64,000 nt of DNA from Macrostomum lignano (lineage: Eukaryota). The notes under the pieces were generated by a model. It ran no database searches and was not told the origin of the DNA. It was given only the letters and a program-made list of their open reading frames with translations. This document shows positions 36,874-47,766 of the stretch, piece after piece (position 1 is the first letter of the stretch; each line of letters starts with the position of its first letter). Location of the stretch: NCBI GenBank assembly GCA_002269645.1, contig NIVC01002642.1:1-64000 (forward strand), given 5' to 3'. The position numbers were made by a program, and so were the translations under genes.

Positions 36874-38481
36874 ATGTCGACGGACGACGCAGAAGCCGAC
36901 ACCAAGCCGGAGCTGTCGCTGCTACGCAAGTTCCTTTTCGGACTTGCCGCGCCTCCGCTGCAGATGTCGTCGAATGTTGTCGGCTTCTTCTTTAACATCT
37001 TCATGCTGGAGGTGGCCAAGGTGCCTCCCTATTTCGTGTCCGTCATTCTGTTCGTTGGCCGCGCCTGGGACGCCGTCACGGACCCGATGGCCGGCCACTT
37101 GGTCTCCAAAACCAACACGCGTCTCGGCAAGACCAGGCCCTGGATGATGATCGCCAATCCAATTGGCTGTGCGATGTTCTTCATCCTGTGGATTGTCCTG
37201 TTCCCCGTCACTGAGGACTACAATGGCGCCAAGTTCGCGTACTATCTGGTTGTCTACCTGCTCTACTGCACCCTGATTACCTGCTACCATGTGCCCTACA
37301 CGTCTTCGACAATGCTAATTGCTCGACAGTCAACTGACAAGGACGCGGCTACCGCTTTTCGAATGAGCTTTGAACTTCTAGGCACCATCGTCGGTGTCGG
37401 CTTGTTTGGTATCATCATCAGCACCAAGCGGATTGCGGCCTCCTGCGGCTCCAGCCGGGAGGGCCAAATCACGGTGGAAGAGGAACGGTCCGTTTACATG
37501 ATCGGCGCAGCGGTCATCGTGGGGATCTTCTTTCTCTGCGGCCTGGCAGGCTCGTTCGGTATCAAGGAAAAGTATGCCGAGAAGCAAGTCTCTGACGACA
37601 GTTTCTTTAGCAACGTCAAAGCGGTACTGACGTTTCGACCCTACGTTCTCTTGATGTTCGCCTTCTTGTTTATGTCGTTAGCTGTGCAGATGGTGCAGAC
37701 TAACCTGGCACTGTACACTACTCATAGCCTTGGACTGGGCGATCACACCAGCTATGGAATCCTGTGCGTTCTTGGAATCGCAATTCTAGCTATTCCTCTT
37801 TGGAATCGCATGATTCAAATCTTTGGAAAGAAGAACATCTTCGCTGTTGGAGTGGTTATGTTCATCCCATGCCTGCTATGCGCCATGCTAGTTCCACGGG
37901 ACGTTGTCTGGGCGTTCTATCTGGTGATGAGCGTCTCCGGGTTCGCAATCAGCATCTCTATGTTGCTGCCTTGGTCAATGCTGCCGGACGTGATCGACGA
38001 CTACTTTCTGAAGCACGGGACTCGAAGGGAGGCCACGTTCTACTCGCTGTACGTGTTCTTCAACAAGTTCGCAGTGGGCTTCAGCATGGCAGCTTCGCAG
38101 ATCACCATGTCGCTAGTCGGCTACGATTCTAGCCCCGAAGCCTGCGAACAATCCTACGAAGTTGGTCTGGCGCTTCGGTACCTTGTCGGCCCGGGCCCGA
38201 TCGTATGCCTGCTGGCCTCTCTGTCTCTCATCTACACGTACCCGATAGACAAGCAATACAGGCAAGAACTGTCGGTTCGGCTCAGCCAATTCCTCCAGCG
38301 GCAGGACTCGCGACAGGACATTGTTGACGAGTCGAAGTCCACAGGTATCAGCGGTTCTACTGGTAATTCGTCGTTTGAGAATGAAGCTTACCAGCACGAG
38401 GAGCAGCTGCAGACCACTGGGCCTGTTGGTGGCGGCAGTGAGGCTGGCAGAAGTCGGGCTAACTTGGACTCAAACTTGTGA
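36874..38481 (+). CDS. MFSD2A: MFSD2-like Na+-dependent lysophospholipid/glycoside symporter (MFS, GPH family), intronless, 535 aa
   Basis: GRAWDAVTDP (Na+-site aspartates), RLGKTRPW, HVPYTSSTM, TAFRM, LLPWSMLPDVIDD, REATFYSLYVFFNKF. ATG at 36874 is preferred over the GTG start. The A versus B paralog distinction does not apply outside vertebrates. Confidence 0.92.
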   Translation: MSTDDAEADTKPELSLLRKFLFGLAAPPLQMSSNVVGFFFNIFMLEVAKVPPYFVSVILFVGRAWDAVTDPMAGHLVSKTNTRLGKTRPWMMIANPIGCAMFFILWIVLFPVTEDYNGAKFAYYLVVYLLYCTLITCYHVPYTSSTMLIARQSTDKDAATAFRMSFELLGTIVGVGLFGIIISTKRIAASCGSSREGQITVEEERSVYMIGAAVIVGIFFLCGLAGSFGIKEKYAEKQVSDDSFFSNVKAVLTFRPYVLLMFAFLFMSLAVQMVQTNLALYTTHSLGLGDHTSYGILCVLGIAILAIPLWNRMIQIFGKKNIFAVGVVMFIPCLLCAMLVPRDVVWAFYLVMSVSGFAISISMLLPWSMLPDVIDDYFLKHGTRREATFYSLYVFFNKFAVGFSMAASQITMSLVGYDSSPEACEQSYEVGLALRYLVGPGPIVCLLASLSLIYTYPIDKQYRQELSVRLSQFLQRQDSRQDIVDESKSTGISGSTGNSSFENEAYQHEEQLQTTGPVGGGSEAGRSRANLDSNL

Positions 38482-40738
38482 TTGCCGCTCGATTCTCATT
38501 TAAAACACGAGTTATATAGCTACTGTATTTTCTGTGATTAAAATTAACACAGAGATAATCAAAATTTTTTATACTTTTCACAAACTTGATGTCGCGAACA
38601 ATTTTTATCTGCGTAACTTAATAAATACATTGAAAAATGTAAGAGTATTATTCAATTTTTTCGGCGGATTTATGATTGGAATCTAAAGTCGTTTCAAAAT
38701 TATTCAATGCCCTCATGCTATTATTAGCCAGTGACTCTTGAAATTTAAACGCGAATCAATAGTCTTTTTGTCAGCCAAGTTGATAAACCAATCAAACAAG
38801 TTGAGAATTGCCATTTGGCAGCATTAGATTTGGTCTTGCCCATAGACATGGAATAAAGGCAGCAAGGTGATAATTCGGCCATAGACAATCAGCACAAAAA
38901 AGGATGCCAGCAGTAATATACATGTAGAAATCATTCCTAAACATCATCGACTTCAATTCTATGCAGTAAAGATCAGAACTCTTGGCTTTGTCCCCCACCA
39001 AAAAATCCATGGCGACGCCCCTGTCTCAGAAAGCAAATTGTTTTAGGGGGTGACTATGAGGGCCGGAGCTCTCATCTTTATAATGTACCGCCAGAATTGT
39101 CTAAACATGCACTTACGCTAATTAAAATGAATTAGAGCTCTCTCTGCATGGTTTTAAAAACTGATGGCTCAGTTTGTAATACCGAAAGCCCGGGATAAAT
39201 ACTGGGTCGCTAAATGCTCACTGCTTTCTTTCCGAGCGAGCTTTTCTGGTTTAGAATCCTCGCCGGACTACCGGTATTCTACCGGACGCGGTGTTCAAAG
39301 GCGGCTGCACCTTTAAACCTTTCAATTCTTCGTAGCCAAATGATACTTTACCAGGCTTTATGGAAGAAGCGGTTAAATTCCCGGCTTCGCTTGGGACCTG
39401 TGCAACCTCTTCTGAGCCTGCATTACGCTCGGCTCGCCTGGACTGCAGGCCTGCAGCTAAGATTGTATTTATAAGATCGTAGTGTATTTAATGCATTCGT
39501 AATACAATTTCTTAGATTTGTAAATTCTCCATTAATATTTCATCTGCTTAAAACATTATAACACGCGGATAATGTAAAATTTTTGCGTTTTGAAGTGGCG
39601 TGCTAGTTTAATTTTGGCGATAGGACAATACGTGCTCGGGCTAAATTGCCTAAATGAAATTTAGGTCTTGCGCCCCTTGGAACTGCCCTTTGCCAGGTCA
39701 CCGGTAAAATTTACGTAGATTTTAACAAAATGTTTAAACGTAATACTGTTAAATTAATATTTGCTTTTTTCCTTCAAAAAAAGAGAAATAAAGTTTAGCA
39801 ACTTTTACTTTAAAAATTAATAAATTTTGTAAACGTTGAAGACATCCTTTTTTCAAATGGCAACATATTGATAATTTTTGGAATTATGGTTTCTCTTCAA
39901 TGTTATGGAAGAAGAGACGAGATTTTTTAATGTTCAATCTCATCTAATAATAGGCCTCGGGCTAGTGGCAGTGCTAAACTCATATAAAAACAAGTTTTAT
40001 GAGATAGGCATAGGCCTAAAAGAAATTTATTGATTCTCTTGACTAAATAGGCCTAATAACATCATACTTTAATTTTGTTAATTATAAAAATTAAGGAAAT
40101 TCTTATCCCTAAGCTACAGTAGGCCTAACTGATAAGACCTTTTCTAATAATATCTTCAATCACTTTTTTCTAATAGTGCAATAAAGTAAAATGACCAAAC
40201 ATTTAAAAGAAAAATGTTTTTCAGGTGGTTTCATTTCACTACATTTAAACCTTTTTTGCTATGCATGAGCCATGAAGGAATGTTGAAAAGTTACACACAT
40301 TGATGCTTGGTTAATGATACCTTACCATAAATATAATTTGTTGAGTTTGTTTTAACAATAATAGATCTATGCCAATAATGCCCAAATTTACCTGCCTGGT
40401 TACTTATAAATCAAAAACAAAGAATGACATCACATTAAATCTCTTTGAAAATGTCTGTAAAATAGTAACTTTGACATAGGCCATAGTCCAGATCATGCTG
40501 GGTGCATGCCCAAACAAAAATGGACTAATTACAAATGCACACCAAAAAATTGGTGCATGCCCATTCCCAAAATATGCCTGTGTTGTAATAATAAATGACC
40601 TTTTTTACATTGTGACAATACAAAACATTTTTTCAATTGCCTAATAGACCCTTATTAGCAGATAATTTCATTTATTTTTATGCTTTTTGGTGATATTATC
40701 TATAGCAAAATATTGATACATGCAAAGATTTGTTTAAA

Positions 40739-41235
40739 GGCAGTGCTTATCCCCACGGTACTGTAAGAATAGTTTCTGTCTTATTCCAACAGTACTGTGC
40801 GAATAATTTTCTGCTTATCCGCACGGCACACTGAGGAGATAGCTGCCCTATCTTCTACATATGCCGTGCAAATAATTTTCGGCTTATCCGCATGGCACGC
40901 AATTTAAATCATTTGTTACTACACAAAAAAATTCTTTCTCATAGAAAAGTCGTTAAATCTTTTTTTCTTTAGAACAAATGTTCAAGCCAAGTTATGTTGT
41001 TATGCTGCACTCAAATCGTATGTATTAAACTTCCCACATGGCATATGTAGAAGATAGGGCAGCTATCTCATCAGTGTGCCGTGCGGATAAGCAGAAAATT
41101 ATTCGCACGGCATATGTAGAAGATAGGGCAGCTATCTCGTCAGTGTGTTGTGCGGATAAGCAGAAAATTATTCGCATGGTACCGTTGGAATAAGACAGAA
41201 ATTATTCTTATGGTACCGTGGGGATAAGCACTGCC
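40739..41235. mobile_element. Non-autonomous Mutator-like (MULE) MITE, 497 bp
   Basis: Perfect 9-bp TSD TTGTTTAAA (40730-40738, 41236-41244). Long TIRs begin GGCAGTGCTTATCCCCACGGTAC / GTACCGTGGGGATAAGCACTGCC. Confidence 0.88.
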
Positions 41236-42167
41236 TTGTTTAAATGTTATTTGCAAGCTAAAAAACTAGAAAGCTTTTGCTAAAAATACATTTTTTTCAT
41301 TTTTCTACTTTACAATAACTTCAATGCATGATTCTATTAAGTGCATTCTAGGTATGCACACATATTATTTTCTCAGGAATGATGCACACCAACTGTACAT
41401 GCCTAATTTTGGCATGCAAGGCCAATGCATGCCTACAATTTTGGGTGTATACTATATGATCCTGAGTGTGGGACATAGGCCCCAAATAAATATTATACTA
41501 TAATATTAATTATTTATAAATGTGGCATTATCTACATTACTAGGCCTATTGTTATCAATAAAAATAATCTATTATAAAGGTAAAAAGGTTAAGCCAGCTA
41601 AAATAAAATTTTTGTACAAAATCCTAGATACATCTTGTGCACATTGACAAAACTGGCACACTTATATATATACCTATATGCATATTTCAAGTTTTAAGAA
41701 CTTGGGGATTTGTTATTATTATAGTGAATATATAAAAAGCAAAATGGTTTATTTCATGGTTATAGGGAGGAATTTCAGTTAAATTTTTTAGTTTATGCAT
41801 AGTTAATGCATAAGATACTATCTGGGCTTAGGGTCTTTATTTAATGTAACCATATGAATAGCAAAATTGTTATTTTTATAGTCACTGTATATAAAAAGCA
41901 AAATGGCCTTTTTTATGGTTATAGGGAAGAATTTCAGTTAAAACTAGCAATCTACGCCCCCCGTTGGGGAGCCAAAGAAATGCAATACACGTTTTTTTAA
42001 TAAACTACATGTATCCTTGAAATCTTAAAAAATCTCCTGTCAAACCTTGTAAGCCTTGACATGTCAGTAATCCCCCCCCCCACAAGCTTTAACATATCAA
42101 CTTCCCCCCTTGACATCTCAGCAATGCCCCAAATAAGCCTTGGAAATCTAAAAATATCTGTCAACCT

Positions 42168-42212
42168 TCTAACCCTAACCCTAGCCTAACCCTAACCCTA
42201 ACCTAACCCTAA
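42168..42212. repeat. Interstitial telomere-like (TAACCC)n tract
   Basis: CTAACCCTAACCCTAGCCTAACCCTAACCCTAACCTAACCCTAA; a more degenerate copy lies at ~42590-42640. Confidence 0.8.
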
Positions 42213-43029
42213 AGCATTGAAATTTCAGTAATTCTCTCTAAGAGTCATTATAGCACTACTACAGCATTATAGCGATTCCCTGCAAGCCTCGACATCGTAG
42301 AGATTCCCAAATGAATCTCTTAACTTCGACATGAAGCTTATTTTATTTTTTACATTACGCTTTTTTTATCAGCGATCCCTCCCCAGAGGAGGCATCAAAT
42401 AATGTAATAAAAAGTTTTCAATAAACTACATGTAGCTTCTGACTTTAGCCTTGAAATCTCATTTATACCCCGTGAACCTTGACATCTCAGATATTCCCCC
42501 CGTAAGTCTTAACATGTCAGCAATGGCCCCCATAAACCTTGAAATCTAAAAAATCCCCTGTTATTCTGTTAACCTTGAAATCCGATAAAATATAACCCTC
42601 AACCCACACCTGACCTAAACCTAACTTTAACCCAACCTAAAGCCTTGAAATCTCAGCAATTCTTCTCCCCTAAGCCTTGACATTTTAGTGATTCCTTCTT
42701 TAAGAATCACAGCACTATAACGATTTCCACCAAGCTTTGACATCGTAGCAATTCCCAAATGAATCTTTTAACTTCGACATGACTTTTCTTTTATGTATAC
42801 GTAGTGCTACTTTTATTTTTTACATGACTCTTCTTCTATCAGCGCCCCCCCCCCCGTGGCGAGCCAACAAATAATGCAATAAAAAAATTGAGTAAAGTAC
42901 ATGAACTTTGAAGTAGCTTCTGACTTTTGCTTTGACATCTCAGAACCCCCCCGTAATCTCAGTTATTCTCTGAGAGCCTTTACGTCTCAGTTTTTCTCCC
43001 CAGCACAGCATTATAGCTGCATTTAATTT

Positions 43030-45490
43030 TTACATGACACCCTTCATGTCTGACATGACGCTTCTTTTATTCTACCATGATGCTTCTTAATTTTTTAAAT
43101 GACACTTTCATTAGTTTTTAAATGAGGCTCCTATGATTTTTTCATGACGCTTCTATGATTTTTACATGACACTTCTATGATTTTTTATATGACGCTTCTA
43201 TGATTGTTTATATGACGCTTCTATGCTTTTTACATGACGCTTCTATGATTTTTTTACATAACGCTTCCATGATTGTTTACATGACGCTTCTATGATTGTT
43301 TACATGACGCTTCTATGATTGTTTACATGACGCTTCTATGATTTTTTACATGACGCTTCTATGATTATTTCATGACGCTTCTACGATTTCTGCAGGACGC
43401 TTCAATGATTTTTACATGACGCTTTTATGATTTTTACATGACGCTTCTATGATTGTTTACATGACGCTTCTATGATTGTTTATACGACGCTTCTATGATT
43501 TTTACATGACGCTTCTATGCTTTTTACATGACGCTTCTATGATTGTTTACATGACGCTTCTATGATTGTTTCATGACGCTTCTATGATTGTTTACATGAC
43601 GCTTCTATGATTGTTTACATGACGCTTCTATGATTGTTTACATGACGCTTCTATGATTGTTTATACGACGCTTCTATGATTTTTACATGACGCTTCTATG
43701 CTTTTTACATGACGCTTCTATGATTTTTTACATGACGCTTCTATGATTTTTTACATGACGCTTCTATGATTGTTTACATGACGCTTCTATGATTGTTTAT
43801 ACGACGCTTCTATGATTTTTACATGACGCTTCTATGCTTTTTACATGACGCTTCTATGATTTTTTACATGACGCTTCTATGATTGTTTCATGACGCTTCT
43901 ATGATTGTTTACATGACGCTTCTATGATTTTTTACATGACGCTTCTATGATTGTTTACATGACGCTTCTATGATTGTTTATACGACGCTTCTATGATTTT
44001 TACATGACGCTTCTATGCTTTTTACATGACGCTTCTATGATTTTTTACATGACGCTTCTATGATTGTTTCATGACGCTTCTATGATTTTTTACATGGCGC
44101 TTCTATGATTGTTTACATGGCGCTTCTATGATTGTTTACATGACGCTTCTATGATTTTTTACATGACGCTTCTATGATTGTTTACATGACGCTTCCATGA
44201 TTTTTTACATGACGCTTCTATGATTGTTTACATGACGCTTCTATGATTGTTTACATGACGCTTCTATGATTGTTTACATGACGCTTCTATGATTTTTATA
44301 TGACGCTTCTATGATTGTTTACATGACGCTTCTATGATTGTTTACATGACGCTTCTATGATTGTTTAAATGACGCTTCTATGATTGTTTACATGACGCTT
44401 CTATGATTTTTTACATGACGCTTCTATGATTGTTTACATGACGCTTCTATGATTTTTTACATGACGCTTCTATGATTGTTTACATGACGCTTCTATGATT
44501 GTTTCATGACGCTTCTATGATTGTTTACATGACGCTTCTATGATTGTTTACATGACGCTTCTATGATTGTTTACATGACGCTTCTATGATTGTTTATACG
44601 ACGCTTCTATGATTTTTACATGACGCTTCTATGCTTTTTACATGACGCTTCTATGATTTTTTACATGACGCTTCTATGATTGTTTCATGACGCTTCTATG
44701 ATTGTTTACATGACGCTTCTATGATTTTTTACATGACGCTTCTATGATTGTTTACATGACGCTTCTATGATTGTTTATACGACGCTTCTATGATTTTTAC
44801 ATGACGCTTCTATGCTTTTTACATGACGCTTCTATGATTTTTTACATGACGCTTCTATGATTGTTTCATGACGCTTCTATGATTGTTTACATGACGCTTC
44901 TATGATTGTTTACATGACGCTTCTATGATTGTTTATACGACGCTTCTATGATTTTTACATGACGCTTCTATGCTTTTTACATGACGCTTCTATGATTTTT
45001 TACATGACGCTTCTATGATTGTTTCATGACGCTTCTATGATTTTTTACATGGCGCTTCTATGATTGTTTACATGACGCTTCTATGATTTTTTACATGACG
45101 CTTCTATGATTGTTTACATGACGCTTCCATGATTTTTTACATGACGCTTCTATGATTGTTTACATGACGCTTCTATGATTGTTTACATGACGCTTCTATG
45201 ATTGTTTACATGACGCTTCTATGATTGTTTACATGACGCTTCTATGATTGTTTACATGACGCTTCTATGATTGTTTACATGACGCTTCTATGATTTTTAT
45301 ATGACGCTTCTATGATTGTTTACATGACGCTTCTATGATTGTTTACATGACGCTTCTATGATTTTTTACATGACGCTTCTATGATTGTTTACATGACGCT
45401 TCTATGATTTTTTACATGACGCTTCTATGATTGTTTACATGACGCTTCTATGATTTTTTACATGACGCTTCTATGATTTTTACATGACGA
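43030..45490. repeat. 22-23-bp minisatellite (TACATGACGCTTCTATGATTGTT)n
   Basis: About 100 units; degenerate at the left edge and homogeneous to the right. Confidence 0.96.
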
Positions 45491-47766
45491 TTCTTTTTAA
45501 AAAGTCTTTTAGTTTTCCTGACGTTGAAAAGCTTTAATTAAAAAATTATACTCTATGAAAATTCGAACCATCGTCGCTGCATTTAACAGTTCAGTTTGTT
45601 CACCTCTAGGCTAGCTCTCATCGTTTTGATAACATCAAATTTTGCACTTATATAATTCAACACTTTAAAATCCAAGCATAGAGTAAATCACACGAAGCAG
45701 TTATGACATAATCAGTTTCTCAGTCAGTCAGTATCAGTTAACAATATGGTTACGCAATCTAAATCAAGTCTGGTGCTACGCTTCCACACTGCATTTTCAA
45801 TTCAAGTCGGAGTTACAATTCAGTTATGATGCAATCTATTTCAGAATCAGAATTCAACCAGTCAGTTTTTTCTCTAGCATTCTTACAATGCATTTCAAGT
45901 CGAAAAGTTTGCTTGACCTTTGCAAAAAAGCATGTTTTTCGAATATTTAATGCCTTTAGCATCAAGAAATTTCTTAGCCACGATGCATGTACGTCACGGG
46001 AAAATTTCTGATCGAACAGTGCAAGTTCGAACAAAATCGGTACAGCCATTTTTTCTCTAATCGATCACATAGACACAGACAGACCATTTTTAGTATATAG
46101 GATTTTTAGTTTATTATATACCAGTAAGGTAATGTTACTTAAGTATTTTCCTTATCTTGACCTGGCCCTATAGTTGTTTATTGTTTATAGTTTTTATAAA
46201 AATATATATTTTTATTTTTATCATCCTAATAATTGTCAAATAATAGCTAATAAACTACTTAAGCTTGATTAGTTAATTTTTGTATTATCACTTAGCTCAA
46301 GATTGGTTTAAAAAAACATCAAGGCTTGTTAAAACGATTATATATATATATTCTATGTTTTTGAGTATTATATTTGTTTCTTTACCATTTTTGTAACTTT
46401 ATTTTTTATAATTGGTTGTTTTATTAGATTCCTTTACATAGATCTATCCAAATAAAACTATGAGGATAAATCCTTATGCAAAAAATTGTTGGTAATAGCT
46501 ATCTATCTATGTCTATTGCCATTGGTATATAGTTAATTTAATTTAATTAATTTTAACAAAAAAATAAATAGTTATAAGATATTTTTAGTAATAAATCATT
46601 AAAAAAACTAAATAGCTTATTTGGTTTACAATTTAAGCATATTTTATAACAAAATTCATTATCAATCTATATAAAACCATTGGCTATCTTGCAAAATTGT
46701 TAGTTTAATTATTTTTTAACTTTAATACAAGTTCAAATTTAAAGGATTTTCTTATGCTATGGCATGATAAATTAAAGCTATCTATAGTTTTAACTTATGA
46801 CCAACAATACATTAAATACTGACTTGGTATGACAATTTTTATATAACCAGCTGTTTAGGATTTCATATCCATCTATATAGAAATTTTATCTATGAGTATT
46901 ATATAGACATCAAAAATAGACAAAGAAAATTATTATTTATAAATGCTAGCAAATAGCTATTGTATATTATAGTTATCAACCCTTTTTTATAATAAAATTC
47001 ATTTATGTTTTATATATTAAAAAATAGCAACCTCTATAAATTGGTATAAGGGTGCTAAATCTTTATATCTTTATTTGGTAAATTATCTTGGTTTTTATTA
47101 AAAATGCAACTTAGTTTTATAATTTCTCCAAAAACGAAGTAAAAAATATTTGACATTCATCAAATTCAGTCAAAAAAAGTAAAGAAACATTATAGTGGAT
47201 TTCAATTTTGTTTAATTATTGATATAAATATAAACAAAATATTTGTTGCTTCAAATGATAATTATTTCTATATATGATACTTATGCCTCCTAAGATCCAA
47301 AACTTTTAACAATTGTGAACCATATACTATTAATTATTAAAGATAACAATCTGTCATTTAAAAAAGATGCCAATTTCTACTCATTAATAAACTAGGCTGT
47401 GTTTATTTGAGAAGAAGAAATAGCTATAAAACATTAATGGATTTTGTCTGTAAACTTAGCTTGATATATTGATACAATAGAGCATTACAATTTGTATTTC
47501 TTGTTTTATATATTAGCTTTTTAAAAGTTGAAGCAATATTTATTCCTTCTGTAGTCCTAAAATTCTAAAATTCTATATATGTTTAGACTGTGCTAGCAAC
47601 CTGAAGGCCTATGGAGGTGCTGGCCCATTAAAAGTCAGTAAACAGTGAATAAACCATCTCAAGCATGTCTGTCACTATCATACAACTGATGCCTACACTT
47701 GTCCATCAGTGCTAGCGATTATCAGCAGTTCGGCAGTAAGTAAAGCCACTCGCCCATCAATAAAAC

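Larger units (their letters stand above)
41943..46103 (+). mobile_element. Probable non-autonomous Helitron/Helentron-like element with internal repeats
   Basis: Starts ACTAGCAATCTACGCCCCCCG and ends AAAATCGGTACAGCC...ACAGACAGAC...TTTAGTATATAGGAT, resembling the ends of DINE/Lep1-type elements from memory. No TIR or TSD; contains ~2.3 degenerate ~420-470-bp units. Confidence 0.5.

Noticed and set aside
36922-38397. Antisense ORFs over MFSD2 (and similar ones over the BET, kinase, GPCR and pol genes)
   Set aside because: Expected shadow ORFs of GC-rich, codon-biased coding sequence; no motifs.
42168-42212. True telomere or chromosome fusion point
   Set aside because: Only ~45 bp, imperfect, and repeated as part of a longer degenerate unit inside a probable transposon.
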